A stretch of 64,000 nucleotides of DNA. Source: Alphaproteobacteria bacterium. GTDB lineage: Bacteria; Pseudomonadota; Alphaproteobacteria; GM7ARS4; G965262615. The notes below the pieces were generated by a model that saw only the letters and a program-made list of their open reading frames with translations, ran no database searches and was not told the origin of the DNA. Shown here piece by piece: positions 1 to 10,766 of this stretch. Made by a program: the position numbers and the translations under genes. Each line of letters opens with the position of its first letter. Positions within the stretch are counted from its first letter, which is position 1. Where the stretch lies: positions 1,408,001-1,472,000 of the forward strand of contig OZ253545.1 in assembly GCA_965262615.1 (NCBI GenBank). Direction: 5' to 3'.

Positions 1-1520
1 ACGCCCGCTTTGGTGGCAGCCATCATGGCATAGCGACGCTCCATCTCTCGCACCGTCCAATGAAGAACCGCTATGGCGTTTTGATGCTGCGTCACCACAG
101 GAGTCAGGAGGTGTGGCAGATTTTTGTAGTCGGCAAATTCCAGCGTCTTGGGATCAATCATGACAAAGCGACACCGCTCGGGCGGATGATGCATGATGAG
201 GGATAAAATCATGCCATTGAGAGCCACCGATTTGCCCGACCCAGTCGTCCCCGCAATGAGCAAATGCGGCATGGATTGCAAATCCACCACATGACCACGC
301 CCCACAATGTCCATTCCCAACACCAACGGCAGGCGCGCCCTGCCGATGGCGGCAATGGAGCGTTCCATCACATCCCCCATGAAGACGCTTTGACGCTGTT
401 CATTGGCAACCTCAATGCCAATAACATTCTTGCCTTTGATGGTGGTCACACGCACCGATAATGTGCCCATGGTGCGGGCAATATCATTGGTGAGACTCAC
501 CACACGGGCCATCTTGATGCCGGCGGCGGGTTCAAATTCAAAGAGGGTGACAACGGGACCTTCTTGCACATTCATCATTTGTCCGCCGATGTTGAACTCA
601 TGCAACACGGCGGCAAGACGCTCGGCGCGCGCCCGAATGGACGAAGACACCACCACAGGCTCTTGCGACCGCTGCAGCAAATGATAGGGCGGAGAAGATG
701 CCTGTGGTGGTGGAGGCGGAGACGGTCGCACGGGAGGCGGCGGAGAAGATGTCTCCTGCGTTGGTGGTGGAGGTGGAGGCGTTGGCGGAGACGGTCGCAC
801 AGGAGGCGGCGGAGGTGATGGCTGTGGCAGCGGTGGTTGTGGATGTGGCTGTGGCTGTGGCTGTGCAAAAGATTGCTGTGGCGATGCATATGACTGCTGC
901 ATAGGGGGCGACTGTGGCATAGGCTTATGTGTCCTTGATGGAAGCACCCTTATCAAAAGGTTCAGCCACCAATAGAAATCATGGCGAGACACCGTCATGG
1001 CATAACACAACAGCCACAGCGTCAGTGCCGCCACCACTCCCCACAACCACACCAGCGATGTGCTGTCATGAGGCAAAAAAGAGTGCGCCAATATCAACAC
1101 ATGCATCAATAAATCGTTCAATTCATGATACAGCTGCCAGCCGAGCCAGCCGCCGCCATAGGGTGATGCCCACCCAATGTCGGCATCATCGCCCCAATCA
1201 TGATGCCACGCCACCCACACCGCCGCGCTGATGCTGGTCGCCATCATGAGAACACCAACGCGCCGCCCACGATGAATCACCGCACCACCGCGAGCATAAC
1301 GCACGCTCCACACCACAAACGGCAAGGGCAGAAGCCACGCCGCCATGCCCCACAATTGAACCATCACATCCGCCAAGTGAGAGCCCACCATGCCAAGCGG
1401 ATGATGGGTGGTGTCGTAGGTGTTGTTCCAAGAGGCATCGTCCTCGTCAAAATGGGCAATCACGGCGAACAACAACGCCGCCGTTGCGAGCCAAAACAGT
1501 GTGCCAAGAAGACGCTTCAT
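1..1520 (-). CDS. ftsK: DNA translocase FtsK (runs off the window edge; absent from the ORF track)
   Basis: Manual translation from ATG at 1520: N-terminal membrane segments, Pro/Gln-rich linker, then GPVVTLFEFEPAAGIK, MPHLLIAGTTGSGKS (Walker A) and MIDPK. Confidence 0.95.
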   Translation of the reverse strand, partial: MKRLLGTLFWLATAALLFAVIAHFDEDDASWNNTYDTTHHPLGMVGSHLADVMVQLWGMAAWLLPLPFVVWSVRYARGGAVIHRGRRVGVLMMATSISAAVWVAWHHDWGDDADIGWASPYGGGWLGWQLYHELNDLLMHVLILAHSFLPHDSTSLVWLWGVVAALTLWLLCYAMTVSRHDFYWWLNLLIRVLPSRTHKPMPQSPPMQQSYASPQQSFAQPQPQPHPQPPLPQPSPPPPPVRPSPPTPPPPPPTQETSSPPPPVRPSPPPPPQASSPPYHLLQRSQEPVVVSSSIRARAERLAAVLHEFNIGGQMMNVQEGPVVTLFEFEPAAGIKMARVVSLTNDIARTMGTLSVRVTTIKGKNVIGIEVANEQRQSVFMGDVMERSIAAIGRARLPLVLGMDIVGRGHVVDLQSMPHLLIAGTTGSGKSVALNGMILSLIMHHPPERCRFVMIDPKTLEFADYKNLPHLLTPVVTQHQNAIAVLHWTVREMERRYAMMAATKAG

Positions 1521-1521
1521 G

Positions 1522-2715
1522 TCAGAAGTGTCCTGTCATGGCAAAACGCATGATGCGTCTTTTGAGAAACGGGCAGTGATTGACCATCTCAAGCCCCACG
1601 CTCAGCAAGGGACGCGCCGAGAGCATTCCATCTCGCACAAACCATTGATGCAAGCCATCGGTGGCTGCGCTCACATAAAAGCGGTCTGAACGGCGCGCCG
1701 CTTCATACTGACGAAGCGACACGCCATCGCCAATGTCCAATCCCAAAGACCGCCGATGCGCCACATGGTCCATGAGGGCACGGGCATCACGCCACCCCAG
1801 ATTCAGCCCCTGCCCGGCGATGGGATGCAAAGACTGTGCCGCGTCTCCAACCAAACACCATCGCTGTCCCACAATGCGATGGGCTTTGGTCAAGGACAAC
1901 GGAATCCATCCGCCCATCTGTTCAAGTCTCATCGCCCCCATGATGCCCGCCGCCTCCTCATTAAGAGCATGAACAAAATGCTCGTGTGACCGCAACGATG
2001 CCGCGATGTCTTTTTTCATGCTCCACACCACACAAGAGCGATGAAGCGAGCCTTCGTCCAACAAAGGGAGCAATGCCAGTATATGATCGCGCCCCAACAG
2101 CTCCCACGCCGCACCATGATGAGGACGCTCATGACTCACAATCGCCGTCAATGCCGCCTGCTGGTAATCGCGCCGCAAAGACTGCCCCCCCGTCACTCGG
2201 CGCAAAAAACTATGCCGCCCGTCCGCCCCCACCAACAAGGATGAAGTCAGGTGCGAGCCGTCCGCTAAGATGAGTGTGCCAAACGCCTTCTGCAACGCCA
2301 CCTGTTTGACTTCTCCCGTGATGAGCTCAACCCCGCGTTTTTGTGCTGCGTGCAAAAGAGCGGTCATCATGTGGTCATAAAAAAGCACATAGCCAAAAGC
2401 ATTCGCGCTCACCTCATGGCTTTTGAACTCCAATTGAGGACGCAGCCGCCGCCCATCACACACCGCAATGGTGACCATGGGTGATGCGTTCACCGCCATC
2501 TCGTTCCACACATTGAGTTTTTGCAAAAAGTTCATACTGCCCGCCGCCACCGCAATGGTGCGCGCCGCAGACTCACGATGATAGCGAGAATCAACCACCG
2601 CCACCGACACATTCACAGAACGCAAAGCCAGTGCCAAACTCAAGCCCACCGCACCACCGCCCACAATCAACACATCGTGAGAAGCAGAATTCTTGGCTAT
2701 ACAATTGGTGTTCAT
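1522..2715 (-). CDS. UbiH/UbiL/Coq6-family FAD-dependent ubiquinone hydroxylase
   Basis: GGGAVG dinucleotide-binding motif, LLVGADG, GDAAQSLHPIAGQGLNLG. Confidence 0.9.
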   Translation of the reverse strand: MNTNCIAKNSASHDVLIVGGGAVGLSLALALRSVNVSVAVVDSRYHRESAARTIAVAAGSMNFLQKLNVWNEMAVNASPMVTIAVCDGRRLRPQLEFKSHEVSANAFGYVLFYDHMMTALLHAAQKRGVELITGEVKQVALQKAFGTLILADGSHLTSSLLVGADGRHSFLRRVTGGQSLRRDYQQAALTAIVSHERPHHGAAWELLGRDHILALLPLLDEGSLHRSCVVWSMKKDIAASLRSHEHFVHALNEEAAGIMGAMRLEQMGGWIPLSLTKAHRIVGQRWCLVGDAAQSLHPIAGQGLNLGWRDARALMDHVAHRRSLGLDIGDGVSLRQYEAARRSDRFYVSAATDGLHQWFVRDGMLSARPLLSVGLEMVNHCPFLKRRIMRFAMTGHF

Positions 2716-2718
2716 GGG

Positions 2719-2887
2719 TCAATGCTCATTATCACAATCTCTTGATGAATACTTATTATCACAATCTCTCAATGCTTATTATCACAATCTCTCAATGCTT
2801 ATTATCACAATCTCTTGATGAACGCTTATTATCACAATCTCTCAATGCTTATTATCACAATCTCTCAATGCTTATTATCACAATCTC
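2719..2887. repeat. 7-copy tandem repeat (23/27-bp units, core TTATCACAATCTC)
   Basis: Units of 23,27,23,23,27,23,23 bp read directly; no unique spacers. Confidence 0.95.
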
Positions 2888-2916
2888 TTGTCTTTGCCAA
2901 TCTTTGCCCCTATAAT
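2888..2916 (+). promoter_or_regulatory. sigma70-type promoter for the cytochrome c gene
   Basis: TTGTCT-N17-TATAAT, with a GGAGG ribosome-binding site at 2943 and ATG at 2957. Confidence 0.6.
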
Positions 2917-2956
2917 GAGACTTGCAAAACTCAAACGCTACAGGAGGGCTTTGGTT

Positions 2957-3346
2957 ATGAGACAGATTAATGCAATCGCACTGCGATTGACACTGGCATT
3001 TATGGTTTTCATGGTCACGGCGGGTGCGTCTTACGCCGAGGGTGATGTGAAAAAGGGCGAAAAAGTATTCAAAAAATGTGTCGCCTGTCACACGGTCGCC
3101 AAAGACGGAAAAAACAAGGTGGGGCCCAACTTGTGGAACATTGTCGGTGCAAAATCAGCGCAAAAGGAGGGATTCAAATACTCCGATGCCCTCAAAAATG
3201 CCGACATCGTCTGGAGTGAAGAAAATCTTGACCAGTGGCTCACCAAGCCCAAGAAGTTCCTCAAGGGCACAAAGATGGTGTTTGTGGGACTCAAAAAAGA
3301 GAAGGATCGCGTCAACATCATCAGCTATTTGCAAACGCTCAAATAA
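2957..3346 (+). CDS. Cytochrome c2 / class I cytochrome c
   Basis: Signal peptide, CVACH heme motif, KVGPNL, GTKM axial Met. Confidence 0.93.
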   Translation: MRQINAIALRLTLAFMVFMVTAGASYAEGDVKKGEKVFKKCVACHTVAKDGKNKVGPNLWNIVGAKSAQKEGFKYSDALKNADIVWSEENLDQWLTKPKKFLKGTKMVFVGLKKEKDRVNIISYLQTLK

Positions 3347-3356
3347 CCGCGCCTCA

Positions 3357-4757
3357 TCAATCGCCCGTGACGATGCGCTCCATCAACTGCTTGACGGTGG
3401 GGACAAATCCGTTGCTGTAGAAGGGGTCTTGAGCAAAACGAAACGCGTTGTGTCCTGCGAACACCAGTTCGTTCTCAAGATTGTCGGGGTCATGAGCAGC
3501 CCGTTGCAGAGTTTTTTGAATACAAAAAGAGCGCGGATCGGGACGATGCCCGGTGTTGCCCTCTGAGCCTTGTGCCCAATTGCTAAAGCGACACGCCGAC
3601 AAGCACCCCATGCACTCCACTTGATCCCGATGAATGGTGGCGGCTTTTTTCTCATCAACAAAAACCAGCGTGCCATCGGGTGTGCGCAGAGCCTCGCTCC
3701 ATCCCTGTGCCATCCATGAGGTGATGAGGGCTTGGTCTTTCTCACGCACATAAACAGGACGCTTGCGAGGACCCACGCCATAGCGATGAACAAAATCCTC
3801 TTCCGAATGAGTGCGATACGGAACCTGCCGTGCCGCAATGGCTTCCAGTTCCTTGATGAAATCATTACGCAAAGCCGATGAATAAAATCCAGTGGGACTA
3901 AAACGCTGCAGCAAAACATCACCTTTTTTGAGGGTCAGCAGACGCTTTTTCCAAACATCGGGAATGGGGCTTTCTTGCGTCAGCAGAGGGCGGGTGCCAA
4001 ATTGAAAGGCGATGGGAGCGATTTCAGGGTCATCAATCCAGTCCTCCCACTCTCGCAGACACCACACGCCCCCCGCCATAATAATGGGCACGCGCTGCAA
4101 TCCAAACTGATTCATCATGGCGCGCAAAGCGCGCACACGAGGACGCGGATTCTCAGGCTGATGAGGATGCTCACTATTGGACAATCCATTATGTCCGCCC
4201 GCCCGCCATGGATCCTCATACACCACCGCCCCCAGACGCTCCACGAATTTATGATAGGCGCGCTTCCACAAAGCGCGAAAGGCACGAGCCGAAGACACAA
4301 TGGGATAATAATCAACATTGAAGCTGGCACAAATTTGCGCGAGCCGATAAGGCATTCCCGCACCACAGGTCACGCCATGAATCAATCCTTTGGCTTTTTC
4401 CAGCATTCTTTTGAGAACGGTCTCCGCGCCTCCCATCTCCCAGAGAATGTTGGCATGAATTCGTCCTCTGCCACTGGCGGTCTCATGGGCGACTTTGGCT
4501 TGATAGAGCGCGCCTCTGACGGCGAAATCAATGAGTTCTCCATGCCGCTCGCGCCGCGTCCTGCCCTTATAAATCTGCGGAATGAGATTGCCCTGAGCGT
4601 CATAACAATCGGCATTGACGGCGGAAAAAGTTCCAACGCCGCCCGCGCCCGCCCACGCGCCGGCCGAGCCGCCATCGGTGATAGAGATGCCCTTGCCCCC
4701 CTCAATCAAAGGCAAAACCTCTGCACCTGATAAATGAAGCCCCTCCAACGCTCGCAT
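3357..4757 (-). CDS. Nitronate monooxygenase-family flavin oxidoreductase
   Basis: EGGKG, AGGHNG, IMAGGV, FQFGTR motifs. Confidence 0.85.
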   Translation of the reverse strand: MRALEGLHLSGAEVLPLIEGGKGISITDGGSAGAWAGAGGVGTFSAVNADCYDAQGNLIPQIYKGRTRRERHGELIDFAVRGALYQAKVAHETASGRGRIHANILWEMGGAETVLKRMLEKAKGLIHGVTCGAGMPYRLAQICASFNVDYYPIVSSARAFRALWKRAYHKFVERLGAVVYEDPWRAGGHNGLSNSEHPHQPENPRPRVRALRAMMNQFGLQRVPIIMAGGVWCLREWEDWIDDPEIAPIAFQFGTRPLLTQESPIPDVWKKRLLTLKKGDVLLQRFSPTGFYSSALRNDFIKELEAIAARQVPYRTHSEEDFVHRYGVGPRKRPVYVREKDQALITSWMAQGWSEALRTPDGTLVFVDEKKAATIHRDQVECMGCLSACRFSNWAQGSEGNTGHRPDPRSFCIQKTLQRAAHDPDNLENELVFAGHNAFRFAQDPFYSNGFVPTVKQLMERIVTGD

Positions 4758-4759
4758 GA

Positions 4760-6931
4760 TTAAAAGAATCCTCGTTTTCTGCGCGGCGGCGGACCACCTC
4801 GCCCCCCACCGCCTCGTGACGATGGCGGCGGCAGTTCTCCTTCCAAGCGGCGCATGGTGAGACGCACCCGCCCTCTGTCATCAATCTCCAACACCCGCAC
4901 GGTGACCTTATCTCCCTCATTGACCACATCGGTGGTGCGCTCCACCCGTCCGTGAGCCAATTCACTGATGTGCACCAAGCCATCTTTGCCGCCAAGAAAA
5001 TTGACAAACGCGCCAAAATCCACGCAGCGCACCACCGTGCCCTGATAAATCTTGCCCACCTCGGGCACAGCCGTGATGTTCGCCACCATCTCTTTGGCTT
5101 TCGCAATGGCTTGCGAATCAGTGGCGGCAATACGCACCGTGCCATCATCTTCCACCTCAACCTTAGCACCAGAGACCTCGCAAATCTCGCGAATCACCTT
5201 GCCCCCCACACCAATCACCTCACGAATTTTCTCTTTGGCAATGCTCATAGTCTCAATACGAGGCGCAGACGCACTCAGAGACTCCCTTGCCGCAGGCAGA
5301 GCCTTCATCATTTGCGCCAAAATATGCAACCGCCCCTCGCGAGCCTGACGCAACGCCACTTCCATAATCTCACGAGTGATGCTGGTAATCTTAATGTCCA
5401 TTTGCAACGCCGTGACTCCGTGCTCACTGCCCGCCACCTTGAAATCCATGTCGCCCAGATGATCCTCATCGCCCAAAATGTCCGACAAGACCACAAAGTC
5501 TTGATTCCGCTTGATGAGACCCATCGCAATGCCCGCCACAGGACGCTTGAGAGGAATCCCTCCGTCCATCAATGCCAAGGTGCTGCCACACACCGTCGCC
5601 ATAGAACTGGAACCATTGGATTCCAGTATTTCCGACACCAAACGCAAACTGTAAGGAAATTGATCGCGCGCAGGCAAAACACTGCGTATGGCACGCCATG
5701 CCAGCTTGCCGTGTCCCACCTCGCGGCGAGAGACACCTCCCACCCGTTTGACCTCATTGGTGGAAAAGGGAGGAAAATTATAGTGCAACATAAATGGCTC
5801 ACGATATTCACCCGCCAAATCATCAATAATCTGCTCACTTTGACCGGTGCCCAGCGTGGCAATCACAAGAGCTTGCGTCTCACCTCTGGTAAACAGCGCA
5901 CTGCCGTGCGACAGAGGCAACACACCCACCTCACACGCAATGGCACGAATATCACTGAGTCCTCTGCCATCAATGCGCCTTTTGGTTTGCAAAACGGCAT
6001 TGCGCACAACGCCTTTTTCCACATCATGAAACAACGAAGATGCCGCCGCTTTCTTCTCCGATGATGCTCCGTCTGTCAGAGCCCCACTCACAATCTCATC
6101 ACGCAGACGGTTCAAGGCATCCACCCGTGTTTTTTTGTCTGCCAGCTGATACACCTTGCCCAATTTTTCCTCAGAGGCATCGGTGATGCGCTGACGCAAC
6201 TCACCATGCCATGACGGATGCGCCGCCATCTTGCGTTTGGGTTTGCCACAAACTTCTGCCAATTCATTGATCAATTGAATCACAGGTGCACAGTGATTCT
6301 GACCAAACATCACCGCATCCAACATGGCGGATTCGTCCAATTCATCGGCTTCTGATTCCACCATCAGCACGCCCTCGCTGGTGCATGCCATGACAAGATC
6401 CAGCTGCGACTCTTTGACCTGTTGCAGCGTGGGATTAAGCACCAACTTATGATTGATGTATCCCACCCGAGCCGCACCAATGGGGCCCAAAAAAGGCAAG
6501 TCAGAGACAGTCAGCGCAGCCGATGCGCCAATCATCGCCGCCACATCGGCATCATGATGGGAATCATGCGCCAAAACCGTGCACAAGACTTGAGTCTCAC
6601 AACGATACAACGAATCAAACAACGGACGAATGGGACGATCCACCAAGCGAGAGACAAGAATTTCTTTCTCCGTGGGTCTGCCCTCTCTTTTGAAAAATCC
6701 CCCCGGTATTTTTCCCGCCGCATAGCTGCGCTCCATATAATGGACTGTGAGAGGAAAATAATCCAACTCGGTGTTGATTTTGCGCTCGCCAACAGCGGTC
6801 GCGAGAACCTTGGTCTCGCCCATCGTGACCAACACCGCACCATCCGCCTGACGAGCCATGAGACCGCTCTCCAGCGTCAGAGGCACACCTTGCCAATCAA
6901 TCGTTTTTTTCACATGCTCAAACATTCTCAA
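4760..6931 (-). CDS. pnp: Polyribonucleotide nucleotidyltransferase
   Basis: GKIPGGFFKREGRP, ESNGSSSMA, DHLGDMDFK, KH and S1 domains. Confidence 0.98.
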   Translation of the reverse strand: MRMFEHVKKTIDWQGVPLTLESGLMARQADGAVLVTMGETKVLATAVGERKINTELDYFPLTVHYMERSYAAGKIPGGFFKREGRPTEKEILVSRLVDRPIRPLFDSLYRCETQVLCTVLAHDSHHDADVAAMIGASAALTVSDLPFLGPIGAARVGYINHKLVLNPTLQQVKESQLDLVMACTSEGVLMVESEADELDESAMLDAVMFGQNHCAPVIQLINELAEVCGKPKRKMAAHPSWHGELRQRITDASEEKLGKVYQLADKKTRVDALNRLRDEIVSGALTDGASSEKKAAASSLFHDVEKGVVRNAVLQTKRRIDGRGLSDIRAIACEVGVLPLSHGSALFTRGETQALVIATLGTGQSEQIIDDLAGEYREPFMLHYNFPPFSTNEVKRVGGVSRREVGHGKLAWRAIRSVLPARDQFPYSLRLVSEILESNGSSSMATVCGSTLALMDGGIPLKRPVAGIAMGLIKRNQDFVVLSDILGDEDHLGDMDFKVAGSEHGVTALQMDIKITSITREIMEVALRQAREGRLHILAQMMKALPAARESLSASAPRIETMSIAKEKIREVIGVGGKVIREICEVSGAKVEVEDDGTVRIAATDSQAIAKAKEMVANITAVPEVGKIYQGTVVRCVDFGAFVNFLGGKDGLVHISELAHGRVERTTDVVNEGDKVTVRVLEIDDRGRVRLTMRRLEGELPPPSSRGGGGRGGPPPRRKRGFF

Positions 6932-6939
6932 TTCCCTTC

Positions 6940-7194
6940 CTATCGTCTGATTCCGAGAGAACCGATGAGTGCTTCATATCTCTCCTGACTGCGTTTTTTC
7001 AGATACGCCAACAAGCGGCGCCGTCTTCCCACCATCGCCATGAGTCCATTGCGACTGTGAAAGTCCTTCTTGTGAATCTTCAAATGATTCGTCAGCTCCG
7101 CAATACGAGTCGTGAGCAAAGCCACCTGAACTTCCACCGAACCGGTGTCGTTCTTACCGATTCCGTATTTTTTGATGAGTGCTTTCTTATCCAT
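6940..7194 (-). CDS. rpsO: 30S ribosomal protein S15
   Basis: [21 protein letters not shown]; truB-rpsO-pnp gene order. Confidence 0.97.
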   Translation of the reverse strand: MDKKALIKKYGIGKNDTGSVEVQVALLTTRIAELTNHLKIHKKDFHSRNGLMAMVGRRRRLLAYLKKRSQERYEALIGSLGIRR

Positions 7195-7202
7195 AATCCT
7201 TC

Positions 7203-8159
7203 TTATCTCACATCTTTGTCAAAGACACAAACAGTTTTCAGCACATTTTCCTTCCGCCAGCGAAGCAGTGCGATGACGGTGTCTTCATGCTGTGCCACCA
7301 CCATAGAATGTCGTCCATCCGCCGCATCATCCGATTGAGGCACAACACCCAATGAGCGCAACCGCTTTGAGCATCTCAATGACAAAGGCAGACCCTGTTT
7401 GAGCACATCCGCCTCATGAGGTGTTATATCATAACGAGGCGCATCCGCAAGAGCTATGTGTGATGGTAACAATCGTGCCGCAATATTTTCAGGAGAAAGA
7501 GATTCCAGCTGATGCAAATGCCATGCGTGAGTGTCATCAAAGCATCCCACGCGAGTCCGCCGCAATGATGTCACATGACCATAACATCCCAATGCCTCTC
7601 CCAAATCACGCGCCAGTGAGCGAATGTATGTTCCCTGCCCGCAATGACACCGCAGCACCGTCTCATCCGGTGACGGCGATGACACATACTCCAATGAATC
7701 AATGCACACCCGCCGCGGCGACAAAGCAACCGCTTGCTGACGGCGCGCCAGCTCATAGGAGCGTTTGCCATTCACATGAATAGCCGAATAGCGCGGCGGC
7801 ACCTGCCATACCTCGCCACACCAAGCGGACAACTGCTCCTTGATATCCGTCACCGAAGGACGACTGGAAGAGCGTTTAATGACACGCCCATCACTGTCAT
7901 CGGTGTCGGTGGCAATTCCCCAGCGCACCGTAAAAAGATACTGCTTTTTCATTGCCACCACATACGGCATGGTGCGTGTCGCCATCCCCACCGCGATGGG
8001 CAGAATGCCAGTCGCCAACGGGTCTAATGTTCCCGCATGACCTGCCTTGCCTCGTGCCAACAAACGCCGCACCGCGCTCGTCACTTTCATGGAGGTCATG
8101 GCGCGGCTTTTATCAATGACCAACCAGCCATGCCACTTTTGATGTCTCTTGATTGCCAT
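7203..8159 (-). CDS. truB: tRNA pseudouridine(55) synthase
   Basis: [32 protein letters not shown]. Confidence 0.96.
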   Translation of the reverse strand: MAIKRHQKWHGWLVIDKSRAMTSMKVTSAVRRLLARGKAGHAGTLDPLATGILPIAVGMATRTMPYVVAMKKQYLFTVRWGIATDTDDSDGRVIKRSSSRPSVTDIKEQLSAWCGEVWQVPPRYSAIHVNGKRSYELARRQQAVALSPRRVCIDSLEYVSSPSPDETVLRCHCGQGTYIRSLARDLGEALGCYGHVTSLRRTRVGCFDDTHAWHLHQLESLSPENIAARLLPSHIALADAPRYDITPHEADVLKQGLPLSLRCSKRLRSLGVVPQSDDAADGRHSMVVAQHEDTVIALLRWRKENVLKTVCVFDKDVR

Positions 8160-8198
8160 CGCCTCATTGTAACGCAAAAAAGACGGCGGGGTCTATCG

Positions 8199-9065
8199 TC
8201 ATCCCAGCATGGGCGACTCTTTTATCGTGTGTTGCTTTTCTTTTTGCTGATGGCGAATGGTGCGGCGCAATTTGGTAAAGGCGCGTGTCTCAATCTGCCG
8301 CACCCGCTCGCGTGAAATGCCATAGTGATGCCCCAGCGATTCCAATGTGGCGGGCGGCTCACAAAACCATCGCTGCTGCACAATTTCTCGCTCGCGCTCA
8401 TTGAGAGTGGCAAACCCTTTTCGCAAATAGGAGGAGCGGCGATTCATCTCATCCCAATCGGCATAGTCATCCTCCATGACATCCTCCGCCATCAACGAAT
8501 GACCCACCGATCGTCCACCAACGGGCGGCGGGGCATCCAACGACACATCCGATGAACTCATGCGTTCATTCATCTGATGCACCGCCTCAATGGGAACATC
8601 CACCTCATGAGCAATGCGCATGGCATCCTCATCACTCAAAAAATTGCGATGATGAAGACCCAGCCGTGCCTTGATGGAACGCAAATTAAAAAATAACTTC
8701 TTTTGCGATGAAGTCGTGCCAACCTTCACCAATGACCATGAGCGCAAAATGTATTCCTTGATGGCCGCTCCAATCCACCACATGGCATAAGTGGAAAAGC
8801 GATAGCCCAATTCGGGATCAAAATTCTGTGTCGCCTGCAAAACGCCAATATTGCCGTGAGCGATGAGATCCTCCAATGGCAAGCCATAATTGCGATGATT
8901 GCAGGCAATCTTCACCACCAAGCGCAAGTGACACTCCACCAATCGGTTCACGGCGGCGCGATCGCCATCCTTGACCCAACGCCGTGCCAGATCTTGTTCT
9001 TCTGCGCGAGACAAAATGGGAAAATGGCGAATGCGCTTGAGGTAAAATGTCAGACTATCATCCAT
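8199..9065 (-). CDS. rpoH: Sigma-32 family sigma factor
   Basis: RpoH box QKKLFFNLR, RFSTYAMWWI, SRERVRQIE; start inferred at MDDSL. Confidence 0.9.
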   Translation of the reverse strand: MDDSLTFYLKRIRHFPILSRAEEQDLARRWVKDGDRAAVNRLVECHLRLVVKIACNHRNYGLPLEDLIAHGNIGVLQATQNFDPELGYRFSTYAMWWIGAAIKEYILRSWSLVKVGTTSSQKKLFFNLRSIKARLGLHHRNFLSDEDAMRIAHEVDVPIEAVHQMNERMSSSDVSLDAPPPVGGRSVGHSLMAEDVMEDDYADWDEMNRRSSYLRKGFATLNEREREIVQQRWFCEPPATLESLGHHYGISRERVRQIETRAFTKLRRTIRHQQKEKQHTIKESPMLG

Positions 9066-9897
9066 GACTCTTCTCTTGGGATACATATTCCAATGCCCAT
9101 TGCAAAAATCGCATATCCTCGGGCATTTCCATCTCGTAGCGCATGATGCGTCCATCGGCAGGATGGCGAAACTCAAGGCGGGCGGCGTGCAGTGCTTGTC
9201 TTGTGATGGGCATTGCGGGCAATGATTCATAGGGCGAAAAATCGCTACCACTGGCACGGATGCGCCGCCACAATGCATCAAACAAACGGCGCGCCTCATG
9301 ATGGCGACCATACACCCCATCCCCCACCACAGGACACTGATGATGACAACAATGAACTCTGATTTGATGGGTGCGCCCCGTCTTCAATTGAAATCGCACC
9401 TTGCTGGCAAGGGGAAAATCTTTGCCATAAATCTGTTGCACCTCATAGAGTGTGCGCGCCTCTTTTCCGTGTTCTTGCACACTGCGTTTGAGAGCATTGC
9501 TGGAATCACGACCGATGGATTGGGTCATATCGCCACACCGCTCGCCAAGTGCGCCGTAGAGAAATCCCACATAGTGGCGTTCAATGGTTCGTTTTTGCCA
9601 TTGCTGCTGCAAGTCATCGTGAGCGACATTGTTTTTAGCCGCCACCACCAAGCCACTGGTGTCCTGATCCAGCCGATGCACGATGCCGCGCCGATGGTCG
9701 CCGCCGCGTGACGACAAATTCTCACCACAATGGCTGTGCAAAAATGCCGCCACCGATGGACGATTCTTGGGGGACGCTGCGCGCTCCTCATACATGACCC
9801 ACCGTGCCGGTTTCTCCAGCACCAGCAGCCATTCATCCTCGTAGCGACAGACTGGTTTATTGTCTAATCTATTGTTTTGCGTGTGCTGTGCCGTCAT
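9058..9897 (-). CDS. RluA/RluD-family pseudouridine synthase (no obvious S4 domain)
   Basis: GIVHRLDQDTSG, TGRTHQIRVH, RQALHA. Confidence 0.9.
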   Translation of the reverse strand: MTAQHTQNNRLDNKPVCRYEDEWLLVLEKPARWVMYEERAASPKNRPSVAAFLHSHCGENLSSRGGDHRRGIVHRLDQDTSGLVVAAKNNVAHDDLQQQWQKRTIERHYVGFLYGALGERCGDMTQSIGRDSSNALKRSVQEHGKEARTLYEVQQIYGKDFPLASKVRFQLKTGRTHQIRVHCCHHQCPVVGDGVYGRHHEARRLFDALWRRIRASGSDFSPYESLPAMPITRQALHAARLEFRHPADGRIMRYEMEMPEDMRFLQWALEYVSQEKSHG

Positions 9898-9927
9898 GAT
9901 AGAATCCGTTGAACAATAGGATGAGCG

Positions 9928-10236
9928 ATGGAATCATTGATATCCACACGGGCGTTGAAGGTTTTGGTGATTGGCATGGGTGTGCTCATCATCGTGTTTG
10001 CGGCACTGCTCACATGGGGCGTGGTGCGCGGCATGGACACGCCATCATCCCACGATGCCCCCCTTGAGATTATTTTGCAGCAAGGCGAACAACTGCGGGA
10101 ATTCAACAGCGATGACGGCGTGATTTTCATCCGCATTGAGCGCGCCGATGGCAGCCAGCGCATTGTGACTTTTCGTGACCAGCAGTGGCAAGAGCGTGTT
10201 GTCATTCGTCCCTCCATTCGTCCTTCATCTCCCTAA
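9928..10236 (+). CDS. Small membrane-anchored hypothetical protein
   Basis: Single hydrophobic segment (LKVLVIGMGVLIIVFAALL); fills the intergenic gap. Confidence 0.65.
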   Translation: MESLISTRALKVLVIGMGVLIIVFAALLTWGVVRGMDTPSSHDAPLEIILQQGEQLREFNSDDGVIFIRIERADGSQRIVTFRDQQWQERVVIRPSIRPSSP

Positions 10237-10305
10237 AGAAAACATTTGATGAGAACATTGATAGAACATTTTCTTTTTGCTGACAAGTCCTTTTGACAAT
10301 ATTTT

Positions 10306-10334
10306 TTGCTTTTTTTTGCAAAAAAGTTTATAAT
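10306..10334 (+). promoter_or_regulatory. sigma70-type promoter, probably a leaderless gloA transcript
   Basis: TTGCTT-N17-TATAAT ending 6 nt before the ATG at 10341. Confidence 0.5.
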
Positions 10335-10340
10335 GAGGCT

Positions 10341-10760
10341 ATGCGTTATCTTCACACCATGATTCGAGTGCGTGATCTTGAGGCAAGCGTGTCCTTTTTT
10401 GCGGCTTTGGGCTTGCGGGAGGTGTGCCGCAAGGATGTGCCTGAGGGACGCTTCACCCTTGTTTTTCTCGCCGCCGAGGAACAAGAGGGAATCGCCGAGA
10501 TTGAGCTCACCCATAACTATGATGACGAACAGCTCTCGGGCGGGCGCAATTTCGGTCATCTTGCCTTTGAGGTCACGAACATTTATGAGCTCTGTGCTGA
10601 TCTGGCGGCACGGGGCATTGTCATCAATCGTCCGCCCCGTGATGGCTACATGGCGTTTGTGCGCTCGCCGGACGGCATATCGGTGGAACTGTTACAGCAA
10701 GGCGCGCCGTTGCCGCCACAAGAGCCGTGGAAATCTATGCCAAATCAGGGGGAATGGTGA
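10341..10760 (+). CDS. gloA: Lactoylglutathione lyase / VOC-family protein
   Basis: [32 protein letters not shown]. Confidence 0.85.
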   Translation: MRYLHTMIRVRDLEASVSFFAALGLREVCRKDVPEGRFTLVFLAAEEQEGIAEIELTHNYDDEQLSGGRNFGHLAFEVTNIYELCADLAARGIVINRPPRDGYMAFVRSPDGISVELLQQGAPLPPQEPWKSMPNQGEW

Positions 10761-10766
10761 GGAGGT

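Noticed and set aside
564-904. His-rich, Arg-rich and Val/Ala-rich ORFs
   Set aside because: Alternative frames of the Pro/Gln-rich FtsK linker
2719-2887. CRISPR array
   Set aside because: The repeats abut with no unique spacers, and no cas genes are in the window
4952-6064. Long antisense ORFs (also 22366-23313, 43405-44346, 62818-63750)
   Set aside because: They lie opposite well-supported genes and show no recognisable motifs
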